A DNA stretch of 62,496 bases, filler included, from Methanobacteriota archaeon (GCA_024860865.1; 5 parts of 5 records of this genome joined end to end with filler, not necessarily neighbours in it), one strand, 5' to 3'; numbered from the whole stretch's first letter, positions 1 through 9,301 are shown. Numbers and translations: made by a program. The notes: generated by a model from the letters alone, not told the origin.

Positions 1-117
1 ACTTATGGGTAGAATATCTAATTATCCAATGAGAAAAATAACTTAAACAAAAGTAGGTCGTACTCGTAGAAGACCAAATGTTAGGATTTTTCTTAGGTGA
101 ATGAAGGAGCTAAATAC
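1..117. repeat. Dispersed ~117-bp repeat, copy 1 (inverted relative to 24413-24528; may extend beyond the window start)
   Basis: The reverse complement (gtatttagctccttcattcacctaagaaaaatcctaacatttggtcttctacgagtacgacc...) aligns by eye with 24413-24528 with few mismatches. Confidence 0.85.
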
Positions 118-147
118 ATACATTTCTATTGGATTAGGTTTATACGG

Positions 148-1420
148 TGAACTACCTACTGGCTAAAGCCAGTGGCATCACAGATGCCTTATGGTTTCCA
201 AGGTCGCACGCTGGTTGGCTAGCCTCTCGCTATCGAGGCGTAGCTGCACAAAGCCTTGGTTATGGGCTGGTTCACAAACAGCCCTGTTCCAAACATATAG
301 TCTAGGAACCTGTTTGCAATATTTATTGCTCCATTTAAATCTGCACTATATTCTAAGCCACAAGAGCACTTGAATAATCTTTTTATTCTAACTCCTTTCG
401 CTCCACATTTATGGCAAGTTATTGAAGTGTGATTCTCTGGTATCAATTCAACTGGAATTCCTTCCCAGTTTGCTTTGTAAGTTATGAATTTTGTTAATTG
501 AGCAAAAGCCCAACTATTTATTTTTCTATTGTTCTTTCTGCACCTAGTTTTCCCCTTTATCCTCGGCTTTCTGATTTTCTTTAATTTTCCTAAAACAATT
601 GCTGGCACGTACCCTTTGTTTTTTAGCTCAACTGCTCTGTTTACGATTTCTCTGCTTATCTTATGGTTTACATCCCTAACAATTCTCTGCTCTTTATTTC
701 CAATTCTTTTGATGATTCTTATTGCCTTCTCTATTTTTGCCTTGCCTAGGCTTTTTCTTAAATTGTTGTAGTGAGCTCTTATGGCTCTAATTTTATTTCC
801 GTAGAACCTTGGGATCATTTTCCCATCCAACAACTCCACAGAAGTTGCTGGATTTCTTTCTCCTAGGTCTATGGCAATTATAGCAAGCTTAGAAAAATTT
901 TGAGGGTGTTTAATTTCAACCTCTTTCTTAACAGCAAAATGCAGGAAATATTTTTCATTTTTTCTGGTTAACTTTGATTCGCAAATCTCGAAGTTTTCGA
1001 AATTGCAATGGGGCTTGATTGCGACCCACACTCCTCCCCTTCTTCCAGCAACTGGAATCCTTGACCAATACTTTGCAATTTTTGTTTCTTGCTTTTCAAT
1101 TTTTATTAAGTCCTTTCTTATAGATATTGGGTATTCTTTTCCTTGCTTTATTTTTTTGTAAAATCTTAAAGACTGCTGCTTGTTTGCAGAGTAAAGCTTT
1201 GCGCCTTTATTCCCTCGAAGGAAGAGCTGGAGGTTTTTGTATTCTTGATCTAAAATTTGCTTCTTAATTTTTGTTAAAGCAACAACCTTTGCTTTTATTG
1301 TTTTCTTAACTTCCATGGTTTTAACTGAAACATAAATTTTATTTAAAAATTTCCGAACAAAAAGCAAGTGGAGGGGGTGACCGAAAGTATTCAATTCATC
1401 TCTCCAGCTAAAGCAAAGAG
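148..1420 (-). mobile_element. Non-autonomous IS200/IS605-family (IS1341-like) element: tnpB only, with hairpin ends
   Basis: Right-end hairpin ctactggctaaagccagtgg (~156-175), followed by ...gtagttca on the minus strand. Related left-end motif caagaatactctttgctttagctggagagatgaattg (~1392-1428, minus). No tnpA inside. Boundaries approximate. Confidence 0.7.
219..1316 (-). CDS. tnpB: RNA-guided endonuclease TnpB (~365 aa)
   Basis: RuvC-I IAIDLGERNPA, zinc ribbon TSITCHKCG...CSCG, RuvC-III ADLNGAINIA. Likely start ATG 1316 (MEVKKTIKAK). Confidence 0.9.
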   Translation of the reverse strand: MEVKKTIKAKVVALTKIKKQILDQEYKNLQLFLRGNKGAKLYSANKQQSLRFYKKIKQGKEYPISIRKDLIKIEKQETKIAKYWSRIPVAGRRGGVWVAIKPHCNFENFEICESKLTRKNEKYFLHFAVKKEVEIKHPQNFSKLAIIAIDLGERNPATSVELLDGKMIPRFYGNKIRAIRAHYNNLRKSLGKAKIEKAIRIIKRIGNKEQRIVRDVNHKISREIVNRAVELKNKGYVPAIVLGKLKKIRKPRIKGKTRCRKNNRKINSWAFAQLTKFITYKANWEGIPVELIPENHTSITCHKCGAKGVRIKRLFKCSCGLEYSADLNGAINIANRFLDYMFGTGLFVNQPITKALCSYASIARG

Positions 1421-1636
1421 TATTCTTGCAAAATTATTTATAAAAACGTTACTTTAAAAGGCTTAGAGTTAACGAAATCTACCGATATAGTTATGGTAAG
1501 CTCTACACAAGTTTGTTAACTAATACAACTATTCAGAGAATAGGACAGCTACCCCTATGTATTGTTCCAGTCAACCTCATTTTATGGGGCAGAAGCACTA
1601 GTTAGATTTGAGCCAAAAGAAATTTGGAGAAGAAAT

Positions 1637-1996
1637 ATGGAAAAAAAGAAAGGTAAAACATTCATTGTAGTAATTGAAGCCCCGTGGTTAGTTCATCATA
1701 CCAAGAGTATCTCTGATTCTGTTAAAATTGCAGTTTCAGAGGCTGGAAAAAAACTAAACGAAGCTAAAATGCAATTTGTAGATGTTGAAGTTGGAACAAC
1801 TCCCTGCCCCATCTGCAGCGAGAGCTTTGAAAGCGCATTTTTAGTTGCAGGAACAGCTCTAGTTGGGCTACAAATGACTATGAAAGTCTACAATGCACAA
1901 AGCGATGAACATGCAAGCAGAATTGCTAAACTTCAAATCGGAAAGGCATTAAAGGATGTTCCATTGAAAGTAATCGAAACTCGTTCCATCGAGTGA
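1637..1996 (+). CDS. DUF555/UPF0212 family protein
   Basis: VIEAPWLV...IAVSEAGKKLN...VDVEVG.TPCPIC...ALVGL...A.S.EHASRIAK pattern. ATG 1637 follows GGAG. Confidence 0.85.
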   Translation: MEKKKGKTFIVVIEAPWLVHHTKSISDSVKIAVSEAGKKLNEAKMQFVDVEVGTTPCPICSESFESAFLVAGTALVGLQMTMKVYNAQSDEHASRIAKLQIGKALKDVPLKVIETRSIE

Positions 1997-2000
1997 TTCT

Positions 2001-2957
2001 ATGGATTTGCTTTGCATTGGGAGAATTATATTCGACCATATCTTCAACGTGCCGATGTTTCCACATCCAAATAGCTGCATAAAAATAGACGGCATCGAGC
2101 CCTACTTTGGGGGGTCGGCTGCAAATGTGGCTGCAATTGCTTCTAAGCTCGGTTTAAAAACAGGATTAGTTTCAGCTGTCGGTGAAGATTTTAGAGGGTC
2201 AGAATATGAAAAAAATCTGAAAAAGCTTGGAGTTGATTTAACTGGAGTAAAAATTATTCCGGGCACAAGAACTTCTAGGTCTTGGATTTTCACTAATAAA
2301 CAAAACAATCAAATTACTTATATCTATGAGGGAGCTGGCGATTATTTCGAAAAGGTTAGCCCTGAAAACGATTTGCATAACAACCTGAGAATTATGCATA
2401 TTACAACTGGAAATCCAGTTTTTAATAAAAAAATTGCAGAAAGTGCGCGCAACACTGGAACTGAAATAAGCTTTGACCCTGGGCAAGATTTGTATCGATA
2501 CTCAAAAGATGACTTGCTAAGTATAGTTCGAGCGTCTAAATTTCTATTCTTTAACCGGCGTGAAGCGCGACAGACTTGTAAGAAGCTCAAACTAAGGCCA
2601 ATCGATTGTTTGTTAGAAATGGGACCAAAAGTAATAGCAGTAACAATGGGAAAGAAAGGAAGCTTAATTTATACAAATGGATCAAAATTAAAGGTCTCAG
2701 CAGCTACTCCAAAACAAATAATTGATCCGACCGGAGCAGGGGATGCGTACAGAGCAGGATTTTTAGCAGGATACATAGGGGGATATAGCATCGATATTTC
2801 TGCACAGTTAGGCTCGACTGTGGCATCGTTCATTATCGAGTCACTTGGCTGTCAAACTAATGCTCCCACTTGGGAAATGGTAAAAGAGCGCTATTTTTTA
2901 GCATATGGTGAGGAACTTGAAGAAAAAAATCAGAGTAATGGCAAGTGGAGTATTTGA
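2001..2957 (+). CDS. PfkB-family carbohydrate/nucleoside kinase
   Basis: GGSAANVA and DPTGAGDAYRAG signatures. Confidence 0.9.
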   Translation: MDLLCIGRIIFDHIFNVPMFPHPNSCIKIDGIEPYFGGSAANVAAIASKLGLKTGLVSAVGEDFRGSEYEKNLKKLGVDLTGVKIIPGTRTSRSWIFTNKQNNQITYIYEGAGDYFEKVSPENDLHNNLRIMHITTGNPVFNKKIAESARNTGTEISFDPGQDLYRYSKDDLLSIVRASKFLFFNRREARQTCKKLKLRPIDCLLEMGPKVIAVTMGKKGSLIYTNGSKLKVSAATPKQIIDPTGAGDAYRAGFLAGYIGGYSIDISAQLGSTVASFIIESLGCQTNAPTWEMVKERYFLAYGEELEEKNQSNGKWSI

Positions 2958-3351
2958 TTTACTCCATACGGGTCATCTTTTCTATCTCACTGAGTGCAAA
3001 AAGCTTGGAGATGAGCTAACAGTTGTTATAGCTCGAGATTCAACGGTTAAAAAGCTGAAGAATCGCCCTCCAATAATTCCGGAAACTAATCGCTTGCAAA
3101 TGGTTCAAGCTTTAAAACCAGTGGATGAAGCAATCCTTGGAAGTGAAACTGACCCACTTGAAACCGTTGAAAAAATTAAACCAAACATAATCGCGTTAGG
3201 CCCAGACCAAAGCTGGAGTGAAACAGAACTTGAAGTTAAGCTTAAAGCCAGAGGATTAAGCCCTAAAATTGTAAGAATTGAAAAAAGAGAAATTAGTCAG
3301 CTCAGCAGCACTAGCAAGATAGTTGAAAAAATTTTAAAGCGTGGAAAATAA
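2905..3351 (+). CDS. ribL: FAD synthase (cytidylyltransferase superfamily)
   Basis: GVFDLLHTGH (HxGH), VVIARD, ALGPDQ motifs of the archaeal RibL type. Confidence 0.8.
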   Translation: MVRNLKKKIRVMASGVFDLLHTGHLFYLTECKKLGDELTVVIARDSTVKKLKNRPPIIPETNRLQMVQALKPVDEAILGSETDPLETVEKIKPNIIALGPDQSWSETELEVKLKARGLSPKIVRIEKREISQLSSTSKIVEKILKRGK

Positions 3352-3504
3352 CCGCAAATAGTTCAATCGGCTTTTCTTCCTCTTCAAAAATGAGTAATCC
3401 AACTTAAGACCGTACTCACTTCATGATGTCCAAGGCTGCAGGAGAGTGACAACAAAATTTAAATTTAATGAAGTTGAGTAGGCTAAGGCAAAGTTATTTA
3501 TAAA

Positions 3505-3541
3505 GTCCCTAAGGTATTTATATCACTCAGGTCCCTTAGGG
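3505..3541 (+). promoter_or_regulatory. TATA box flanked by a repeated operator-like motif
   Basis: gtccctaagg (3505-3514) and gtcccttagg (3531-3540) surround tttata(t) at ~3517-3523, just upstream of ATG 3549. Confidence 0.5.
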
Positions 3542-3548
3542 GTTAAAT

Positions 3549-4184
3549 ATGGTTAAAATTAAAGTCGACATACCAGAGAGCGTGAATAAAACCTTCAAAA
3601 AGCGAGTAGCCATAAAATATGGCTTCCATAGAGGGGCATTGAGTGCAGCTGCAACTGAAGCGTTTCGATCATGGGCTGAAATGAAAAAACCAGTTGACCC
3701 TTATTTCTATGTAGATAGCAATCTTTCAATTGAAATTGATCCAGAGCGCACATTAGAGTTCCTAAAAGCTTTAGTTTCAGATGTAGCATCCAAAGAATTG
3801 GAAATCTCATTTGACATGGACAAAAAAGATATAGCAGGTTTGCCTAGAAAACCTACTTCAACTGTGCAATTCAACAGAAGTTTACTCGTTATCTATAAAC
3901 TTAAAAAGCAAGATGCTGCTCAATTGTTGGAAAAAATAAATTCGCTGAAGCCATTAAAAGAAATATTTTCTTTAATGCTAGAATTCGATGGGCTTAAGCT
4001 AATAACGGGCGGAGAAGGTTGTTTTTCAATCCATGGAGCAAAAGAAAAATCATTAGTTGAAAAAATTGTTGCAATACTCTTAAAAATTCACAATTTAAGT
4101 TTATTTGAGAGTTTACCCGAGCATTTCGCACTTATTTTAGAAAAGCCCAACTATGAACTTGAAGTGATTGAACTTGGAAGATAA
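3549..4184 (+). CDS. Hypothetical protein with an N-terminal ribbon-helix-helix-like domain
   Basis: KIKVDIPESVNKTFKKRVAIKYGFHRGALSAAATEAFRSW resembles archaeal RHH proteins. C-terminal part not recognised. Confidence 0.55.
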   Translation: MVKIKVDIPESVNKTFKKRVAIKYGFHRGALSAAATEAFRSWAEMKKPVDPYFYVDSNLSIEIDPERTLEFLKALVSDVASKELEISFDMDKKDIAGLPRKPTSTVQFNRSLLVIYKLKKQDAAQLLEKINSLKPLKEIFSLMLEFDGLKLITGGEGCFSIHGAKEKSLVEKIVAILLKIHNLSLFESLPEHFALILEKPNYELEVIELGR

Positions 4185-4395
4185 GCTTGTAAAAAGAGCT
4201 ATCGGTCATTTTAGGAATATAATAGACCATTCGCTAAAGCCTTATGAACCGACTCCAGAGCATGTATTAAAGAGACTTATAACTCCTTTATGTGCTGATC
4301 TAAAATTATTAAGCGAAGTAATGACGGGTAAGGACGCAAAAGAAGTTATTACGGGATTTAGTTCAGAGTGCCACCAAATCTTTAAGAACAAATAA
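4168..4395 (+). CDS. Hypothetical protein
   Basis: 75-aa ORF overlapping the upstream stop, operon-like. Confidence 0.5.
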   Translation: MNLEDKLVKRAIGHFRNIIDHSLKPYEPTPEHVLKRLITPLCADLKLLSEVMTGKDAKEVITGFSSECHQIFKNK

Positions 4396-4476
4396 TCCAC
4401 TTTGTCTGGGATTTAAAACATGTTGGCTCCTTTAAATTCACTAAAAAGAAATTAAAACAAATCAAAGGGTGATGGA

Positions 4477-4802
4477 ATGCCTAAAAAAATTGATTTGGAT
4501 AGGATGGAGCTCAAATGTGAGCTTGGGAAATTCTCAAGAAAACAACAGTGGATTACGAAGGGTTTCAAATGAGAGGATGGAAGTGCAAAAAATGCGGGAA
4601 TGAGCTAGCAGATCCTAGAGATGCTCAACGTATACTTGAGATTAAAAAAGCAGTAAGCAAGGGAGCGACTGTCGGAAAGGTTGGGAAGAGTCTAGCAATA
4701 AGGATTCCAAAATCACTGGTCACTTTTTATAATATAAAACCGGGGAACAAAATAAAACTTGCTCCAAAAGCGAAGGAAATTTCAATCCTAGTTGGAGATT
4801 GA
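4477..4802 (+). pseudogene. Zinc-ribbon + AbrB/MazE-like antitoxin, apparently frameshifted near 4540
   Basis: ATG 4477 gives MPKKIDLDRMELKCELGKFSRK. The sequence continues in another frame as TTVDYEGF..WKCKKCG..KVGKSLAIRIPK (AbrB motif). One base is missing in the A-run. Confidence 0.55.
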
Positions 4803-4999
4803 TTGAAAACATTACAATTAAAGGATTGTAAAAAATAAATCGTTTTTTTCTCACTGGAAGACACGGCTTTAGCTAGCCCATCAGATGAAACCATTTCAGC
4901 ACACTTTTAATTTCTTCTTTTCTAACAGTTTTTGTAAAGAAAATCAAAACTCCATAAATAACAAAAGTAAAGATTGAAAATGGTATAAGGCTTAATTTA

Positions 5000-5218
5000 T
5001 CATCTAAGAAAAAACATAAAACAAAAAAATTGCGGAACAAATTTACCTTCCTTCTCCGCAGTCTCCAACCATAGGCCAATGGCTATCCTAATCTCCTTTA
5101 AAGCTTCTTCTTCGGTTTTCCCAAAGGCTGAACAACCTGGAAGCTCTGGAGCCACAGCAATATAGCCCTCATCATCCTCGCTATAAAATATTTCTACAGT
5201 ATACTTATGACCATCCAT
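5000..5218 (-). CDS. hicB: HicB-family antitoxin (UPF0150)
   Basis: YSEDDEGYIAVAPELPGCSAFGKTEEEALKEI motif. Confidence 0.85.
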   Translation of the reverse strand: MDGHKYTVEIFYSEDDEGYIAVAPELPGCSAFGKTEEEALKEIRIAIGLWLETAEKEGKFVPQFFCFMFFLR

Positions 5219-5343
5219 CTTTTATTCATCCAAGGTTTTCATATATTTTCTTCCTATCCATTTTCATAGCTTAAACCTCAAGGAAACCCGCTGCTTTGCG
5301 TTAAATTTATTTTTTCATACCTAGAGTGTAGACTTTTATGGTG

Positions 5344-5778
5344 CTATGGATTGACTTTAAAAGAAGTTTTTGCTTCGTATTTAGGCTTGCTTGTTATGAT
5401 TCCAATTAAAGTATAGGTTCCAACTTGAGTTGTTTTCCAAGTTTCAAAATAACTTTGCTTTTCTCCCGGTTGCAGAGTGACTGAGCCAATCACTTGAGCG
5501 AATGCTTTATCAGCTGACCAACGCCAAATCTCATTGTTGTTTTTTAAAATGATGAAATCGTAACGTTGCGATGAAGCAAATTCAATAGTTATTGGATTAG
5601 GTCCATTGTTTAAGATAGTCACTGTCATATTGACAATTTGACCAGACCAATACTCGGGCTTGTCGGCTGAGATTGTTACCTTCAGCCCTCCTTCAGCAGG
5701 TTTAGGCTTCAAGTATAAAACTAAAGCTATAGCCAAGATTGCTGCAATCAAAACTATTAAAATTCTTAAAGCTTTCAA
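5344..5778 (-). CDS. Membrane-anchored BsuPI-like (proteinase inhibitor-fold) protein
   Basis: N-terminal hydrophobic anchor; F.SSQRYDF...IWRWS.DKAFAQ..TLQPGE motif. Probable TTG start at 5778. Confidence 0.7.
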   Translation of the reverse strand: MKALRILIVLIAAILAIALVLYLKPKPAEGGLKVTISADKPEYWSGQIVNMTVTILNNGPNPITIEFASSQRYDFIILKNNNEIWRWSADKAFAQVIGSVTLQPGEKQSYFETWKTTQVGTYTLIGIITSKPKYEAKTSFKVNP

Positions 5779-5834
5779 TATGGCCCCTATAAAAAATATT
5801 ATTAGCTGGTATAAATCAATTATTAACGCCCAGA

Positions 5835-5876
5835 GCGGAGCCGAACTCCGCAATGACATCAAATTCTGCGGAGGTT
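5835..5876 (+). promoter_or_regulatory. Structured 5' leader with mutually exclusive hairpins covering the Shine-Dalgarno sequence
   Basis: gcggag (5835-40) or tgcggag (5867-73) can each pair with ctccgc(a) (5846-52). The second pairing buries GGAGG (5870-74). Confidence 0.5.
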
Positions 5877-6603
5877 GGTAGGTTTGATTGAAATAGTAGC
5901 TTGGATACTGGCAATAAGTGCAATAACATTAATTGGAGCCGAATATGCTCGAAGATTTGATTCCTCCACACTTTTAGTTGCATTGTTCACTACATTCATC
6001 TTGCTTAGCGAAATAATAGCTGTCAAATTTGCAAAATTTGAGTTACTAGACTACCCTATTTTTGCGCCTGCAGCAGTTTTAATTTTTTCAGTTACCTTTT
6101 TGTTAACAGACATTGTCAATGAAAAATTTGGGCGAATGGAAACTCATAAGATGATTTTCATAACTTTCGTTTGCCTTTTAGCTATGGTGTTTTTTATTCA
6201 GATAGCCAGCATTTGGCCAAATGCCCCATTCTGGGCAAACAGTGAAGCATGGAATAAAATTTTAGGTTTAGTTCCTAGGATTACCATTGCCTCAATGATT
6301 GCCTATTTGGTCTCAGAAAACTTTGATGCCTGGAGCTTTGCTAAACTAAAAGAAAAAATTGGGAAACATCTCTGGATTAGAAATGCCTTTAGCTCAATTC
6401 CAGCATTAGGATTAGACACTATCATTTTTATTACTATTGCTTTTTATGGAACTATGCCAGTCTACCAAGTGTATCAGATTATCCAAGGACAATTTATTTT
6501 AAAATGGTTAACTGCAGTTATAGATATTCCGTTCATGTACCTTGCACGCTATAGGTTAGGAGTCAAATCAAAGCCTTCGCTGACTGGTCAAGCCTACGCT
6601 TAA
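5875..6603 (+). CDS. Queuosine/archaeosine precursor (preQ0/preQ1) transporter, VUT/YhhQ family
   Basis: Multi-TM protein with TFLLTDIVNEKFG, RITIASMIAYLVSENFD, WIRNAFS, LDTIIFITIAFYG, DIPFMY. The true start may be TTG 5884. Confidence 0.85.
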   Translation: MVGLIEIVAWILAISAITLIGAEYARRFDSSTLLVALFTTFILLSEIIAVKFAKFELLDYPIFAPAAVLIFSVTFLLTDIVNEKFGRMETHKMIFITFVCLLAMVFFIQIASIWPNAPFWANSEAWNKILGLVPRITIASMIAYLVSENFDAWSFAKLKEKIGKHLWIRNAFSSIPALGLDTIIFITIAFYGTMPVYQVYQIIQGQFILKWLTAVIDIPFMYLARYRLGVKSKPSLTGQAYA

Positions 6604-6765
6604 CATAATAGTTAGGCTGAAATTTGAGTGCAATGACTTTGGAAGAATGTTTCTACCTTGGGTATTTAGAAAATCCTAACAAATAAAGCTAAATAGAGAG
6701 AAAATTTCAAATAAATTTATAGAAAACTTTGAACTGTAATCGCTGCTCGAAAGTAAGAGATCAAT

Positions 6766-7851
6766 ATGCCACCTAACTACTATGACAAGCTAATTCGAAA
6801 ATTTAAGATGCAAAAAGGTTTTTCTGCTATACAGGCACGACCGGCCAAATTTAACTATGATGAGCTTGTTCGAGGATTTAGAACACAAAAAAATACTCGC
6901 CCAGTATCAGAGCCGGTTGCTTATTGGGTTGAGAACGAGGTACTATATGATAAGCGCAGCCATCCAGTTGGAACTATCATTCTTAACACAAAGGAATGCC
7001 CATATGCATGCACAATGTGTGGCTACTGGAAAGATTCATTAGATTTTACCCCATCTCATGAAGCGCTAATTGATCAAGTTAAATTTGCATTAGGGAAATT
7101 AAGAGAAATAGATGCTATAAAAATTTATAATAGTGGAAGCTTCTTTGACGATGAAGCAGTTCCACCTGCTGTTAGGAATGAAATTGCAAATTTAGTTAAA
7201 GACATTAAATTAGTCACAGTTGAATCGAGATGGAACTATATTAGTGATCAAGCAATCGACTTTGCAAATAAGTTAAATGGAGCGCTAGAAGTTGCTATTG
7301 GACTGGAGGTAGCTGATAACAAAAAGCTGGCTCAAATCAACAAAAAAATGACTTGCAAAACATTTAAAAAAACAGTAACTTTCCTAGAAGGAAATGGAAT
7401 TTATGTAAAAGCATACATGTTGGTTAAGCCACCGTTCACAACAGAAAAACAAGCGTTTTTGCTTGGGAGACAAACAATCGATTTTGCTTTCGATTGTGGA
7501 ATTTATACACTAAGTATTTTACCAACTGCTGTGATGGATGGATTTATTGACCATTTAGCTCAAACTGAATTTTTTAAGCCGCCAAATCTATGGACAGTAT
7601 ATAAATTAGTTCAATATGCACTTCAAAAAAGATTTGAGCGCGTTCTAGTTGATACATCTGATCTAGAGCAGTTGGTCAAATGTAAAAATTGTGCTGAAAT
7701 TTTTAAGCGCTCTTTTAGCTTTATGAATCAGCGGCAAATTCTTCTTGAGTTCGATTGCGCATGTAAAAAAGACTGGTTAAACCTGCTTAAGCAAGATAGT
7801 ATTAGGCCTTTTAAAGAATTGGTGAGAGAAGTTATTGCCAAAAAAATTTGA
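6766..7851 (+). CDS. raSEA: Archaeosine biosynthesis radical SAM protein RaSEA-like
   Basis: CPYACTMCGY (CxxxCxxC), KIYNSGSFFDD, VESR, LEVAIGLE, KAYMLVKPPF, PPNLW and a C-terminal Cys cluster. Confidence 0.8.
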   Translation: MPPNYYDKLIRKFKMQKGFSAIQARPAKFNYDELVRGFRTQKNTRPVSEPVAYWVENEVLYDKRSHPVGTIILNTKECPYACTMCGYWKDSLDFTPSHEALIDQVKFALGKLREIDAIKIYNSGSFFDDEAVPPAVRNEIANLVKDIKLVTVESRWNYISDQAIDFANKLNGALEVAIGLEVADNKKLAQINKKMTCKTFKKTVTFLEGNGIYVKAYMLVKPPFTTEKQAFLLGRQTIDFAFDCGIYTLSILPTAVMDGFIDHLAQTEFFKPPNLWTVYKLVQYALQKRFERVLVDTSDLEQLVKCKNCAEIFKRSFSFMNQRQILLEFDCACKKDWLNLLKQDSIRPFKELVREVIAKKI

Positions 7852-8485
7852 GATTCCAGAAAAAGATTGGGATGTTATAGGAATTAACGGAGTTAGTGAA
7901 AAACAGTTAACTCATCCACACTTTGAGGCTTGGCATAAATGGATCATCTCTGAGTACCAGCCGCCGAAAAAGAAAATTGCTGTTTTTATCCCATGCGCAG
8001 CAATTAAACCTTATTTCAATTCTCCGATCCACAAGGCATTTAATTCGATAATTGACAAGTACGATTCTCATAAGATTGTAATTTCAAATGCTGGAGTCAT
8101 ACCCTACGAGTTCTCGAATTGTTGGCCATATAATGCATATGATTGGAATCCAGCTTTTGAAACTAAAAAAATTAAAAAAAGTTATATCGAAGTTACAATG
8201 AAACGCATAAAAAATTTTCTAATTAAACATAGTCCAAAATATAAAAATTATGTGGCTTATTTACATCCAAATTCTGAAAGTTTAAAAGCATTAAGAAAAG
8301 CTTGCGCTGAATTGAATGTACCATTAAATATTGTTAAAGTCAAAAAAATTCGATTACATAAAACTGCTGATCGCGATTTAATTTTAGCTATATCTGTTAA
8401 CCTAAAGAAATTAGAGCAGGTATTAGAAAAACTTTCTAAAAAAATCAAAGCTAAGGAAAGCCATTACTCCTCAGCTTTAATTTAG
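7835..8485 (+). CDS. Stand-alone DUF5591/ArcS-motif protein
   Basis: PCAAIKPYFNSPIH matches the ArcS PCx3KPYx2Sx2H motif. No TGT-like or PUA domain at 216 aa. Confidence 0.75.
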   Translation: MPKKFEIPEKDWDVIGINGVSEKQLTHPHFEAWHKWIISEYQPPKKKIAVFIPCAAIKPYFNSPIHKAFNSIIDKYDSHKIVISNAGVIPYEFSNCWPYNAYDWNPAFETKKIKKSYIEVTMKRIKNFLIKHSPKYKNYVAYLHPNSESLKALRKACAELNVPLNIVKVKKIRLHKTADRDLILAISVNLKKLEQVLEKLSKKIKAKESHYSSALI

Positions 8486-8486
8486 T

Positions 8487-8909
8487 CTATACTATTCCAA
8501 CGCCAGTTCTCTTTGTACCGTCTACGATACCTGGTGGTGAAACATCACCGTAATATAATGTGCCATAGACTTTGTATCTATAACCAGCTGTTAGATTAGT
8601 TTTACTCCAGTTAGTAGCTATCTTCCAAATGCCAGGTGTTAACCATTGTATGGTCGAATTGAACTCTTGGACTGTTTCGTTGGTAGCAATTCTAATGACC
8701 ACATAATGAACCTGACAGAACGCGTTGGCATCTACAACTGAAATCTTAGCATAAAGCGTGTTATCCACCTCAGCAAGTACCCAATGGTGCTTTGCCGGAT
8801 AAATCCTAGCGAGCGTAGCGGTTGGAGAAGATAAAGCTGTAATCGATATGCTTCCTACCATGGCTATAGCTACAATTAAGATAGCGATCGCTTTATTCAA
8901 AATTCTCAC
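8487..8909 (-). CDS. Hypothetical secreted protein
   Basis: Signal-peptide-like N terminus, beta-rich body, several N-x-S/T sequons. Confidence 0.6.
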   Translation of the reverse strand: MRILNKAIAILIVAIAMVGSISITALSSPTATLARIYPAKHHWVLAEVDNTLYAKISVVDANAFCQVHYVVIRIATNETVQEFNSTIQWLTPGIWKIATNWSKTNLTAGYRYKVYGTLYYGDVSPPGIVDGTKRTGVGIV

Positions 8910-9024
8910 CCATTTTTTTTATAAAGTTTTATTTATTTATAATTTTTTTTATAATTTATGATTTAATAAATTAAATTTTATTTTTTAAAATTCAAACTAT
9001 CGTTAAAAAACAAAAAAGAGAAAT

Positions 9025-9301
9025 CTATTTTAATCTCTGAACCATTTTAACAGCTGACTCAACTGCTCGCTTTGCATATTCGTCAATCCTTTCCATTGCT
9101 TGAAGCCTAGTCATTCCAGGGCCCGAAATTCCAAGCCCAATTGGTTTGTTATACTGTAAACTCAAATCAATAATCTTTCGAGCTGCATGCTGCATTATCA
9201 CCTCATCGTGAGCTGTTTCTCCTTCAATTACTGCTCCTAGAGTTATCACAGCGTCTATCTCTTTCTTTTCTATCAATTTTTTAACTCCCAAGGGAATTTC
9301 G
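9025..9301 (-). CDS. ribH: 6,7-dimethyl-8-ribityllumazine synthase (5' truncated at contig end)
   Basis: [41 protein letters not shown]. Confidence 0.9.

Noticed and set aside
125-147. TnpB guide-side flank matching ttggattagg at ~5593 and ~14837
   Set aside because: Matches of only ~10-12 nt, outside the predicted seed, are expected by chance in AT-rich DNA.
4505-4548. Frameshift with local hairpins (gagctca/tgagctt, cttgggaa/ttctcaag) as a second BHB intron
   Set aside because: I could not build a 3-4-3 BHB geometry. A one-base loss in an A-run explains it.
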